Shown here: positions 1 through 12,087 of the stretch, piece after piece | How the letters are laid out: every line of letters begins with the position of its first letter | How positions within the stretch are numbered: position 1 is the first letter of the stretch | Origin: Scyliorhinus canicula | Lineage: Eukaryota | Reading direction: 5' to 3' | DNA: 64,000 bases | Assembly: GCF_902713615.1 (NCBI RefSeq) | Contig: NC_052154.1 | Location: 111,172,817-111,236,816 of the forward strand | The notes under the pieces: generated by a model | Seen by the model: the letters and a program-made list of their open reading frames with translations, nothing else | Databases searched by the model: none | Told to the model about the DNA's origin: nothing | Translations under genes and position numbers: made by a program

Positions 1-380
1 TCCAGTTCACAATCAGTGATAGGAAAGATCTGCTGGAGACATTAATAATGATGGTGATTTTTGCTAAAGTTAATAGAGGAAGCCCGCTTCCATTGGTTGG
101 TGAATCAGTCACTAAGTAGCGTTAAATTTTGCTCACCACGAGAGAAATGAATGGAGAGACAAACTTTTATTTTGCACAAGAGTGTTACTGGAATATGTTA
201 GGAGCAGAAACAGTGAAGGAAGCAGATTCCATGGTTACTTCTAAAGAAGAAAGAAAGTTCAAAGGATTTGGGGAAATTATAGGATAATGGGATTAAATAG
301 GGATTATCTTTCAGAGGGAGCATAGGTGCAATGGACTGGATTGTGCTGCAAAGCTCTATGACCCTCAGATTTTCTGCTGC
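1..380 (+). mobile_element. Highly degenerate CR1-type LINE 3' fragment
   Basis: Resembles CR1 3' region (…ttttgcacaagagtgttactggaatatg…gcataggtgcaatggactgg); no intact ORF. Confidence 0.45.
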
Positions 381-604
381 CCCAGTGTTTCCCTTTGCAC
401 TTCCGACAAAGTTATCATGGCACAACACCAAAGACACTGAGGAAATTCAGAGGCAGTTTACAAAGCAGTGGTGGTCCCACACCGGGGCAATGTTTGTTGG
501 TGAGTTCCAGGATTTTGACCCAGGATGGATGACGGCAAATTGAGGTCAGAGTGAGGAGAGACTTTGGTTTGGTTGGCCCTCACTACTTCAGTGAGCATAT
601 ACAT

Positions 605-1605
605 GGAACCATAGAATGGCTACAGCACAGAAGGAGGCCATTCTGCCAATCTTGTTCATGTCAGTCCGAGGACACCCAGGTGATCTTTCTAATTCCACCT
701 TCCAGCACCAAGTCTACAGCCCTGTAGCTCACAGCAATTAAGGTGCAGATCCAGGTACTTTTAAAAGTGGTTAGGGGCTCTGCCTCCACCACCAACAGCG
801 AATTCCAGACTTCCACTAACCTCTGCCTAAAAAAGTTCTTCCTCATGTTGCTTCCACATCTTCTGCCATTTATCTTGAATCTATGCCCCCTGGTTCTCCA
901 CCAAGGAAAACTGTTTTATCCTATCCATTATCTCTTCCCCATATAATTTTGTACCCCATAATTAAGTCACCCCTCAGCCTTCTTTGTTCCATGGAAAAAA
1001 CCCCAACCTATCTAATCTCTCCTCGTAGCCACACATTTCAAGCCCTGGCAACATTCTTGTAAACCTGTTCTTCACTCTCTCCCGAGCAATTACGTCCTTC
1101 CTGTAATGTGGTGACCAGAATTGCACACAATACTCCAGTTGTGGCTTCACCAGTGTTTTATATAATTCCAACATTATATCCTTACTTTTATATTCTATAT
1201 CTCTGCCAATGAAGGAGAGCATTCCATATGCTTTCTTTATAACCTTGTCTACTTGAATTGCTGCCTTTAGGGACCTGTGTACTTGTACGCCAAGATCTCT
1301 CACTTCATCTGCCCTCTTAATATATTCCCATTTATTCTGTGCTCCTTATAACTGTTTGACCTCCCTGAATGCATGACCTCACCCGTCTCTGTTAAATTCC
1401 ATCTGCCACTTTATCGCCTACTGCACCAACCCATCTATATCATTTTGGAGATTGTAGCTATCTTCTATACTGTCCACCACTCGGCCAATCTTTGTGTCGT
1501 CTGCAAATTTCGCAATCATGCTCCCCACGTTCATGTCCAAATCGTTAATATATAACACAAACAGTGAGGGTCCCAACACCGAGTCTTGTGGAACACCACC
1601 TGAAA
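605..1605 (-). mobile_element. 5'-truncated CR1 (HER1-like) LINE, RT domain to 3' tail
   Basis: ORFs 1418-1663 (GVPQDSVLGP…FADDTK), 974-1303 (RDLGVQVHRSLK…LEYCVQFWSPHY) and 661-846 (KNFFRQRLVEVWNSL) are CR1 RT/C-terminal motifs; tail gaaccatagaa…gaaggaggccattc. Confidence 0.93.
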
Positions 1606-2151
1606 CAACAGAATGGTCACTTGGTCTGGAAGTGCGTGAGAATAAATTTTGTCCATGATTCAATAAGAGTTAGAGCCTTCAGGAGGGGACAAAGAGGAAA
1701 AAAGAAAATTTATTTGTGAAACTACAGCAGATTGTAAATGTCATTAAACTTTTTTTTGGAGTCTTTAACCCACTCTTGGAGAGTTGGCAAGGATTAACTG
1801 CCTTCTGCTGTGTTGCAGCAACTACGCAGGAGATTCCGCAGATAATTGCTTGCTGTAAATTATACCCGTTACCATGGAGATGGTGTCGTATGCACTGAAG
1901 CGTGAAATGCTTTAGTGCTGAAAATGGGAAAGATTCATGGTCCTGTCATGTTTTATTTTTTCATGTGTGGCACCTCTGAAGGACTGATGAAATACCGTAT
2001 TTTCCTGAATAATTGCAGGTCCTAAACCACTTTCATTGGCTTATATTATTGTAATGTAAAATCTCTGGTCTAGATGGTCAGAGATTTTGCCACTGCGCTG
2101 TGACATTTCTGACTCGTTAATTAACGGGCCAACTGACGGTCGATTGAGACT

Positions 2152-2345
2152 AATAAAAACAAAATGTGCTGGAAAAATGCAACAGGTCTGGCAGCATCTG
2201 TGGTGAGAGAAATAGAGTCAGAGTTGTGTAGAAGAAACATACGGACCAAAACGTTAACACTGTTCTGCCTCCTCAAATGCTGCCAGACCTCCTGAATTTA
2301 TCCAGCATTTTCTGTTTTCATTTCATATTTCCAGCACCTGCAGTA
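2152..2345. mobile_element. Inverted-repeat mini-element, Penelope-like terminus family A (degenerate)
   Basis: Arms aaaatgtgctggaaaaatgcaacaggtctggcagcatctg / aaatgctgccagacctcctgaatttatccagcattttctgtttt are reverse complements; same family at 41036-41185 and 63030-63552. Confidence 0.7.
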
Positions 2346-3539
2346 ATTAGCTTTAATTTCGATTGACAGAGGTTGTTGGCGAATGAGTCCTCTCCTTGCC
2401 TCCGTGAAAGACAGGTGAAATCAGATACCTGACCCACATGGCCATTCTTCATGCCTGGCCCTAACCCATTTTGCCTCGGTCATGCAGTTGAAGTCGATGA
2501 AGGTTGCAGCAATGGGTGCACCTGCTCAATGACCTATCTGAAATAACTGTGGAACGTCTCTGACTAAGTCTGTTCTAAGTAATTGTACCAGCCTGACTGT
2601 AAATTTATGAAAAGTGGCACTAAATGACCAATCTCACCAAATTTTTTGTGCAGAGGTGGCTGTCCTGAGGTTGGGTAAAAGCCCACTTTTGGACACCATG
2701 GCGAGAGGTTTAATCTTGCTGAAATCATACTGGGATTTGGGTGTGCCTGGTGCAGTAGTCGTATTTATGGGCAAAGTATTGATGAAAATATTCCAGTGGA
2801 TGGGAACTGCCATCTTGACTTGCAGACTTATATCCTATTATTCTGGACTGAATGTGTAATTTTACTAACCCACTGCGCCACCCAGATTACAGCAATATGT
2901 TCTTGTTCTCAATGTGTAACACAAGGCATATAAATTATCGCTGTATCGGTTCACAGGGCTCCTTAAGTAACCTAAAAGAAACTCTGGGTACAGTTGATAT
3001 GTATATCTCAAACCAAACATGTTTCACAAGTTACAGCACACAAGAACTTTCATTTTTACAGCATCTTGGATATTTTTGCAGCCCATCAGGTGAGACTCCA
3101 CTCAAGTGTAAATTAGATCACATGTTGGTGAATGAAGATGAATTGATTTGAGTGGACTCATTTAAACCGCTGCCTGTCCATGCCCAGAAAATAAATGGAC
3201 CATCCGAAGATAGAGCTGCATCTTTTTACACATACCTCAATTAGACAGCTACTCATCATCCATGGGCATGTTCCCCACCGATATTGTTGACTACTAACAC
3301 ATCTACGTGTCTGGAAAAACAATCTCCATACACACACAAATGCCAGAAACAATTAATGTGCATCACCAAGCTAGTAAGCAATATCATAATCTAATCAAGA
3401 TAGCACTGACATAGACAGTCCTTGTCAGACACCACAGGATATCATTGGCACGCCTTTGTGTACATGTGTGTGGGAAGCTAATTCAGTTTATAGAAAATCA
3501 GAAACGCATCTACCTTAAAAAATGTAGTTTACTAGCGAT

Positions 3540-4395
3540 TACAAAGACTTGGCAATAAACTGGATATGAATGGGAGTTAAATAGTTCAGTCTTTGGGATT
3601 GACAAAGGAAAGGGAAGTTGGGAAAGAGGGAGGGGTAGCAGTATTGATAAAAATGCCCTCTACAGTAAAACAAAGGATTATACTGAGAATGATCAGGCAG
3701 TGGAAACACTATGGGTAGAATTAAGGAAAGCAAAGGACGCACAATTCATTAGATCCCAGAATAGTTCCCGAAGAATGGAAGGTAGCAACCATAATCCAGC
3801 TAGTTCAGAAAGGAGGAGAGAGAAAAAGCGAACAAAACTATAGGCCAGTTAGCCCGAATCAGTAGAAGGCAAAAGGATAGAATCTATTATTAATGGCATG
3901 CTAATACTGCACTTAGAAAATCATAATATGATTAAGCAGAGTCACACAGATTTAGTAAAGAGAAATCATTTTTAATAAACCTGTTAGCATTCGGGATGTA
4001 ATTAGTACTGTACAATGAATAAAGGGGAAACACTGAATGTAGTATATTTGCATTTTCAAAAAGCATTCAATAATGTGCTGCAAAATTAAAACTTATGGGG
4101 TAATATTTAACATGAATTACGGATTGGATAACTTACAAAACAGAGAGTAGAAATAAACAAGACATTGTAATTAGTGGGACACTGTAAGGATCAGTACCTG
4201 GGTCTCAGCTATTTATAATCTGTATCAATGACTTAGATGGAGGGGGCTAACATATCCAGGCAATCTGACAATACAACATTAGATGGGAAAGTAAATGGTG
4301 ATGAGGAAGCAAAGAGACTGCCGAGGGAAATAGAAAAGTTAGATGAATGGACAACAATGGTGAAATGTGACATTATCCACTTTGGTAGAAAAAGT
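3540..4395 (+). mobile_element. Degenerate CR1 LINE ORF2 fragment
   Basis: Remnant coding similarity (aactataggccagttagc = NYRPVS; IKQSH..F.K; ttttcaaaaagcattc = FQKAF; INDLD). Confidence 0.75.
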
Positions 4396-4419
4396 AAAAA
4401 AAATTGTTAACATTTTTTA

Positions 4420-5225
4420 TGCCCCCCCTGGCGCCCCCACGATTCTCCCCCCCCCCCCCCCCCCCCCCCTCAGAAAAATCGCCGCTCGCCGTTTTTCACG
4501 GCGATTCTCCAAGCCCGATGGGCCGAGCGGCCGGCCCTTCACGCCCGTTTCACACGGCAGCAACCACACCTGGTCGCTGCATTCGTGAAACGGGTGCCGG
4601 ATGCCCATTTGGGGCATCCAGAGGCCCGATTGGGACGGGAGCACCGCGACTGTGCTCCGGAGGGGACAGGCCCGCGATCGGTGCCCACCGATCGTCGGGC
4701 CTGCGTCCAAAACGGTGCACTCTTTCCCTTCCGCCGACCGGCAAGATCAAGCAGCCACGTCTTGCCGGGCGGCGGTGGAGAAAGACGGCACCGCGCATGC
4801 GCGGGTTCGCGTCGTCTGCGCGCTGATGTCATCCGCGCATGCGCGGGTTCCTGCGCATGCGCGGATGACATCCGCGAAGCGCCGTTCGGGCGTCATTTCC
4901 GGCGGCCGAGGTCGCGGCCGGGAACGACGGGGGCCCGCTCCTAGCACCCCGGGTGGGGATGAATTAGGCGCGGGGAGCAGGCCCCGAGGCCATTGTGAAC
5001 CTCGGCCGAGTTCACGACGGCCTCCGCGATTTTTGGAGCCGGCGGAGAATACCGCCCTAAATGCCGACACCGGAGTGAAAACCGGAGTGTTTCACTCTGG
5101 CGTCGGAGGCCGCTCCCAGCCCCCTATTCTTCCGCCCTAGGGGGCTAGGAGCGGCGTTGCGTCATTTACGCTCCTTGGCGCCGTGTAAAAGCGGCACCGC
5201 GTAAATGACGCGGCCGGCGCCGTGT
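4420..5225. mobile_element. CpG-rich non-autonomous DNA element (Harbinger/PIF-like MITE), rearranged
   Basis: 4420-4810 is the reverse complement of ~12340-12760; 5060-5225 matches ~12118-12300 directly; terminus ggagaataccgccc followed by taa at 5044-5060; internal palindromes. Confidence 0.7.
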
Positions 5226-5378
5226 GAATAGGGCACATTGGCTGGGTGAGTGGACCTAAGTAAAGAGCTGCTTCAGAGGGTCGATGAGGACTCGATGGGC
5301 CAAATGACCTCATTCTGCACTTTTGGCATTGTTTGATTCAACAATTATGTAATTTAGACGTTTAGAATGATAAAGGGT

Positions 5379-5800
5379 TTGCACTGCTGCCTCACTGGGC
5401 CGAAGACCAGGGTTCAATCCTGGCCCTGGGTCACTATCTGTCTGGAGTTTGCACATTCTCCCCGTGTCTGCCTGGGTCGCACCCTGATGCACTATCAATT
5501 GACCACAGAAGCGAGCTTGTACTCCGAACTGAAGGCATTAATAGACAAGATGTTTCCCCAGCAGCTCAGGTACAGAAAGGCAGCTGTGGGGAATACACGG
5601 GCTCTTATACCCCGCCTTACTGGGTGGAGCTACCTTACAACTCTAACCAATGGGTGACTAGTGTTACATACCATCGGGTCAATGAGCAGTGAGCCTTCTC
5701 CACCAATGGTGTCTCGGCATTGCTAGGAACCGTAATACCTCCAGTCATACTACCACACACCCCCACAACCCAAAGGTATGCAGTATAGGTGCATTGGTCC
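5379..5800 (+). mobile_element. HE1-type tRNA-derived SINE (short subtype) interrupted by solo LTR
   Basis: B-box ggttcaatcc at 5411; core gggtcactatctgtctggagtttgcacattctcccc; resumes ccacaacccaaag after 5762. Confidence 0.85.
5485..5757 (-). mobile_element. Solo LTR (273 bp)
   Basis: TG…CA ends; 5-bp TSD CACCC (5480-5484 / 5758-5762); minus strand starts tgtggtagtatgact…, same family as 52359-52628. Confidence 0.9.
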
Positions 5801-7339
5801 TTATTGGAAACATTTTTTTCAAATGATAAGGGGTTTTGATAGATGCAGAGAAACTGTTTTCTATAGTGGGAGAAATGCAGAACAAGAGGAGACATTTTTA
5901 AAATTAGAGCTAGGTCATCAAGAATGAAACCAGGAAACACTTTTAGAGAGTAGTGGAAATTTGGAACTTGCGCCTGATTTTTCGCTCCCGAGTCTGGAAA
6001 ATTGCTGGTTCCGCAAGCCCAACTGTCGAGAGAAAGTTCCTCAGATGGTCTAAACTTTGCTCTGGGTGTATGTGGGGGAGGATGGGAGGGGGGTAGACTG
6101 ATATGAGTATTGGACCCGCCACCCCTAGAAACAGTTCATAGGCAGCCACAGGGGTTCCTCGGTGTAGAGGTGGGCGAGATGAAAGCCCCACTTCAACAAT
6201 CTGGCACTACATCCCAATTGTAAAACAAAATACAGCCTTCATCCCTCAAGCCTCCCTCACTCCCCCCACAAACCTCCCAAGTCCCATCCATGCCAAACTA
6301 TACCACTTCATTCCCCTCATCCTACATGGTCCCTCATACATTCTATGCCCTTCTGCCACCCTGTGGCCCTCTGTAACCCCTATGCCAACTGAGTGCCAAC
6401 CCATGACCACACCCAACACCCTTTTCCCTTACACCACCCTTGCCAACTTATGCGGTGCCCGCCATGGGCATAGCCCTCATAATCGATGCTGAGATGAAAT
6501 GAAGTTCCAAGTGTCTGTCTTGGACTCTATTTTCACTCTCACTCATAAAACTTCCAGTCACTACATTTACCTTCAACTACATAATACCTTTATTATTTTA
6601 TTTAATCTAAGTGCGTAATCCTCTATAAAATCAACCATTTGTATTTATAGCCCCAAGTCAAGACTTTATAACCACTTGGAGCTTTCAATCAAACTGTGAG
6701 TTGACTGTAATAATGATAGGTTATGAAATCAGTAACTCAGCAAAAATCCTATAATGGCACATCTCGGGTTTATGACAACAAACAGTAAAATGGTGAGCAC
6801 TTTCTAAAGAAAACTGCAGCAAATTTAAAGGTGAGGAGCTTTTGAGGGCTTGTCAGCTTGACCGTCCTATTTATAGCTTGATAGTTCCATCAATGTGACA
6901 GTTTCCTTGACAGATTGACAGTTCCAATGAGTTTATCTTTTTAAGCATATACAGGCCCATCTTTTACAATCCCAATGGGGCCTGGCCTGTCAAAAAGAGC
7001 ATCTTACCATTACCTAAGGTTCCTGGACACACCCAGAAAGGGACCATACCTCTCCAAAGATATGTGGCAGCTTTAGATCTTCTCTTGACAGGACTAAAGC
7101 CCACAAGTCATCTTCCAGGCATTACCAGTTACAAAAATTGAATCTGTTTTGTGAAGCATGGCTGTGCAATCTGCAGCCTGCCCATGTTCCTTCTGATCTC
7201 CCGTGCTTCCAGTGTAAATGGTGGGTTCTGAGTTTGAGGGTGTAACTTTTAGAATTGTGTCTCTGCCACCATTTTGGCTTGGTTGGGGATTTTCTTTGTC
7301 TTTACAAAAGTCCAGGCCTTGGTCCACCCCCCAGCCCCC

Positions 7340-7535
7340 ACCCAGAAGACTGTGATTGATGAGTCCATTGGAATTTTCAAGAATGAGTTTTGTTGCCTGG
7401 GGATATCAAGGTATATGGAGCAAAAGCAGATAAATGGAGTTCAGGTACACATCAGCCAGAATCTAATTGAATGGCTGCACGGGCTTCAGGTGCTGAATGA
7501 CCTATTCTTGTTCCTATGTCCGTGTTTGTTATGAA
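7340..7535 (+). mobile_element. CR1 3' end fragment
   Basis: ggatatcaaggtatatggag…atcagccagaatctaattgaatggc…cctattcttgttcctatgt resembles the CR1 tail. Confidence 0.65.
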
Positions 7536-7925
7536 GCTAACTGTATCTTTGTTCAAGTACAATGTCCCAGTCTCACAGATTAACTGCTGAAACGTGATAA
7601 TGTTCTTAAGTTTTAGATATACAGATATTAGTCACAAAGGGACTACATTTGCTGACACTGCAATCAAACTCCTCACACACTCTGTTCAAGTACCTGTGGC
7701 ATCACTGACAGGAACATCCCAGGCTGTTATCTGCATCAAAAATGGCACATTTTTAACAAATACAGAAAAGAACAAACAACACTATTTGCTTTTCTAATCC
7801 CTCCCACTTGCCCCTCCCACCCACCCACCCATCCATTGCCCACCCCGCTCAACTGATCTAACATTGCCCTACTCACCCCCTCGCTCCTGGCCTCTTGCTG
7901 CTCCAATGACTGGAGTGGTGAGGAG

Positions 7926-8149
7926 GGGGCAGGTTTAGCTCAATTAGCTGGTCAGCTAGTTTGTGGTGCAGAACAAGGTCAACAGCGTGGGTTCAGTCCC
8001 TGTACCAGCCGAGGTTATTCATGAAGGCCCCGCCTTCTCAACCTTGCCCCTTGCCTGAGGTGTGGTGATCCTCAGGTTAAATCACCATCAGTCAGCTCTT
8101 CTTAAAGGGGAAAGCAGCAGCCTATGGTCATCTGGGACTATGGCAACGT
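7926..8149 (+). mobile_element. tRNA-derived SINE (non-HE1 family)
   Basis: A-box-like tttagctcaattagc, B-box-like gggttcagtccc, tail cctatggtcatctgggactatggc; flanked by ~56-bp direct repeats. Confidence 0.75.
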
Positions 8150-9879
8150 TACTCATCCCTCGCTCCTGGCCTCTTATTGCTTCCGGCGACCGGAATGGCG
8201 AGGAGCTGGAACAGAAGTGACAAGAGGTTGGCAAGGGGCTGGGAGGATGGCAGTGCATGTGCCAGCAGATGGAATAGGTGCTGAGTGGCCGTACACAACT
8301 GTTTCTATGCAGGAGCAGGAGTTACAGTGAAGTAAGAAAGACATGCAGATCGCAACAGCATTTTTCAGTCAATGAAATACTTTTGAAGTGCAGTCAATGT
8401 AATGTAGTTACAGTATTGATTCAGTTGCAACAACTGTGGAGGCAAGACATGATGCAGTGAGTAGCATATTGTAATTTTAAAGTCTGTAACCCTTCGGAAT
8501 TGAGCTGCTTTACCTTCTTCCATGTTTGTTTCAAAATTCAATAAAGAACATTATAACATAAGAACTTGACTGACTGGTTTATCTGTTGAACCTGTCCTTG
8601 AACCAGTTCATTATTTGAATACATGTTTTTTGGAGATGTCAACAACAGTTACTGCTGCTTAATTCAGTGAATGACTATACCAATAATAAACCTGTTTATC
8701 AGGTTAGTCTTTTGTGGTGGCTGACATTGTCCCGGCGTTCTTTGTGGAAATTCAAAGACAATTGACTCATTTAAGTTTGTACATGTTGGGGACTTGGCAC
8801 TGAGGACGAGACGTGCCAGCTTTTGTGATTCTATTGTGAGAGAAGTGATCTCTCAATAAAATTAAACCTCTTTTGTTTTCTCAGGCGAGGGCTTTGATAT
8901 AGTGACCACACATCTCAGTTTTGCCAAAACAGTCTCAGTTTTTCATTAAACATCCCAGTGTCCCAATAGTTTGCACAAAATAGCTCAAATGTTCCGGTTT
9001 GCAGCTTATCCCTCTTATATGAACCATGTCCGATATTTCCGTCAGCGCTTCACATTTTCGCTCGGCATCAGCACCTCCTCTCATGTCCCTTTTGCATCAC
9101 GCTCCACTTACTGTCAGTAAACCCACAGACCTCTTGTGTTCCGGAAATTGGAGTGCTGCTCACTTGCCGACCCATAAGTAACTGTATCGGGACGCTCCCA
9201 CGTGCACAGAAATCCTTCTCACTGACACCCAGAGCCGGGAGCAAATCTTTTTCACAAAATGGCCCTCAATGGGCCAACTCTATTTGTGAAACATTTGTAT
9301 TCTTCTGTCTGTTTTCCAGCACTGTCTTGTGCTGAAGTATCTTTAATTAAATCCTATCTCTTATTATCTTCTCCCACAAGAGAGAAAACTATTTCTCAAA
9401 TTGCTTTTTCTCCCACCAAAAACTAAACCCGAAACCATTATCCAGCCCAGAAGGTGAATATTCAGATCCAATTGGTCAGTTGGAATCCGCTGGTGTGTTC
9501 TGTGTTGTGCCCTGCTCCAACCAATCAATGACTCCAGTGCAACCTTACGCCTTTTCACTGGGTTAGAATTGCAATGAAATCGAGCCATTGACTACTACCC
9601 TTTATTTTCCTTCCAATTGCTGCATGGGGAGCGAGGTTGGAACTGGGTTGCTGACTCTGACTGTTGATCAATGATTTGGTCACATAGAACAGCTCTTCGA
9701 GGCCTCAAAGCTGCCTTTGGCTTTTTTTAAATATTGTGCTCAGCTCCCAACACTTGTCAAGAGGCGCATATTCTGCTATTATTAAATGCACAGCACACAA
9801 TTGCGCTCTTACAATTATTGAGTAATTTACACATTTCCCGACACCCAGTGTTTGCATTAAATATGCATAATATATCATG

Positions 9880-10290
9880 CTTAAGAACACAGGTGTAGAC
9901 CCTCTGGCCCATCAGACCTTCCCCAACATTCAAGATGATCATGGCTGATCTTGAGCTTTAACTCCATTTTCTCATCCATTCCCCATATCCCTTGATTCCC
10001 CGAGAGGCTAAAATCTTACTATCCCAGCCTTAAATGTATTCAACAATGGAGCATCCACAACCCTCTGTGATAGAGAATTTCAAAGATTCACAACCCTTTG
10101 AATGAAGTCATTTCTCCTCAGCTCGGTCCTAAATGATCAGTCCAGTCGCCTGAAAATTTGCCCCTTATTTTAGATTCCCCAACCAGCGTCCAGCCAATCA
10201 AGACCCTTCAGAATTCTATAGGTTTCATTGAGCTTGCCTTTTCCTCCTGAACTCCAGTGACTATAAGCCCGGTTTACTCAGCGTCACAGT
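9880..10290 (-). mobile_element. Degenerate CR1 3' fragment
   Basis: gatcatggctgatc…ccccatatcccttgattcc…caaagattcacaaccctttgaatgaag is the reverse complement of the CR1 3' end. Confidence 0.75.
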
Positions 10291-10559
10291 CACATTAAAA
10301 TAAAAGCTCGTGCAACAACAGTTTTCATCATATAGATTAATTTATAATTCACTTTTTATGATGAAGCAAATTTAATTTGACTACTTATATAATTTAAGAT
10401 GGTAAAATGTGGAATATGATTCTCCCACCAAAGTATTCATTCTAGACACAAGGAAAATGATTATTTTAGTGCTTGGTAAATTAAATGCTGAAATATGGTC
10501 ATGTTAATGTTATTTATATCGTCCTTGTATGGCTTCCTGCTGCTAGGATAGGAACATAG

Positions 10560-10775
10560 AGGGGCAGCACGGTAGTGCATTGCTGCCTCACGGCGCCGCG
10601 GTCCCAGGTTTGATCCTGGCTCTGGGTCACTGTCGATGTGGAGTTTGCACAATCTCCCCATGTTTGCGTGGGTTTCGCCCCACAACCCAAAGATGTGCAG
10701 GGTAGGTGATTGGCCACGCTAAATTGCCCCTTAATTGGAAAACAAATGAATTGGGCACTCTATTTTTTTTTACAA
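10560..10775 (+). mobile_element. HE1-type SINE, short A/T-tailed subtype
   Basis: ggggcagcacggtag…cccaggtttgatcc…aaattgccccttaattggaaaac…gggcactcta followed by T/A run. Confidence 0.9.
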
Positions 10776-10842
10776 AAAGCATAGGAACGGAGCAGAAGTA
10801 GGCAATTCAGCCTTCGAGCCTGTTCAACCATTCAATCAGATC

Positions 10843-11190
10843 ACGGTAGCACGTTAGCATTGTGGATAGCACAATTGCTTCACAGCTCCAGGGTCCCAGG
10901 TTCGATTCTGACTTGGGTCACTGTCTGTGCGGAGTCTGCACATCCTCCCCGTGTCAGCGTGGGTTTCCTCCGGTGCTCCGGTTTCCTCCCACAATCCAAA
11001 GATGTGCAGGTTAGGTGGATTGGCCATGATAAATTACCCTTAGTGTCCAAAATTGCCCTTAATGTTGGGTGGGGTTACTGGGTTATGGGGATAGGGTGGA
11101 GGTGTTGACCTCGGGTAGGGTGCTCTTTCCAAGAGCCGGTGCAGACTCGATGGGCCGAGTGGCCTCCTTCTGCACTGTAAATTCTATGAT
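10843..11190 (+). mobile_element. HE1 SINE, long CR1-tailed subtype, inside a short CR1 fragment
   Basis: cacggtagc…ggttcgattc…ggcctccttctgcactgtaaattctatga. Confidence 0.92.
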
Positions 11191-11359
11191 AATCACGGCT
11201 GATCTCTTCCTGATCTTAAATCCACCTCCCTAACTGAGGATGATTCATATTGATAGGAAAGTAGTGCCACGAATGGCATTTTAATATATAAGTGATCTGT
11301 AGTCTGAAGACCAATAGGACTGGAGACCTAGTCCTGAGTCTTAATTTTTTTTCCTTCTA

Positions 11360-11531
11360 ATTATGGTGCAATTTAGCATGGCCGATCCATCTACCCTGCA
11401 CATCTTTGGGATGTGGGGGTGAGATCCATGCAGACACAGGGAGAATGTGCAAATGCCACACAGACAGTGACCCTGGGCTGGGATTGAACCTCGGCACTGT
11501 GGGGCAGCGGTGCTAGCCACTGTGCCGCCCC
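11360..11531 (-). mobile_element. HE1-type SINE
   Basis: Reverse-complement core gcaatttagcatggccgatcca…cagacagtgaccctggg. Confidence 0.85.
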
Positions 11532-12087
11532 CTGAATCTTAATGTTGTTGTCGTGTTGACATTTACAATGAACATACTTTCATTTATGGTGCTTTTGCAG
11601 TTCTTGTGATACGGGAATGCCATCTGTACCTTGCCTTTCTGTGTTTTAACTGTAAAATCTACAACTATATGCCAGCTATTATCCTTAGACCCCACAAAAT
11701 GGGCTCTACTAATCGCTTATGTTGATCTAGGAAGCCAATGCACAAAGGTTCACTTCCCCAACGGCACAATGGACGAATATAAAAGCAATGAACTCGCTTT
11801 CCTTCCAATGGAAATGTTAATCGGCCTTAACGTCTACAAATTGTGTATTTTCTGGCCGAAGTGACGCATTGCTTTAGTAAATTAGCTGCATTAAAATGAT
11901 AATCAACCTATTTAGACTGCAAACATCAGAAACTAACTCTCAGAAGCCAAATCTAAGTAACAACAAAACCCGAGAGCAATACTATGAGAGGCCTACTGTT
12001 ACTATTGTGATATGCTGTATTACTAGGTTTAATGTTTTTGTTCATAAATTATATAATAATGCACTGTTACTCTTGGTAAAGTACAAA

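Noticed and set aside
1700-3360. Short ORFs in unique sequence as host exons
   Set aside because: No recognisable protein similarity or convincing splice-site pairs.
4367-5140. Many overlapping Arg/Pro/Gly-rich ORFs (also at 12147-12984)
   Set aside because: Stop-poor artefacts of GC-rich MITE sequence; open in multiple frames with no domain motifs.
8885-9050. Possible hAT-Blackjack terminus (tagtgaccacacatctcagtttt…)
   Set aside because: Only one decayed end seen; no partner TIR or TSD.
10560-11190. A/B-box sequences as tRNA genes
   Set aside because: They are SINE heads continuing into SINE core and tail; no cloverleaf.
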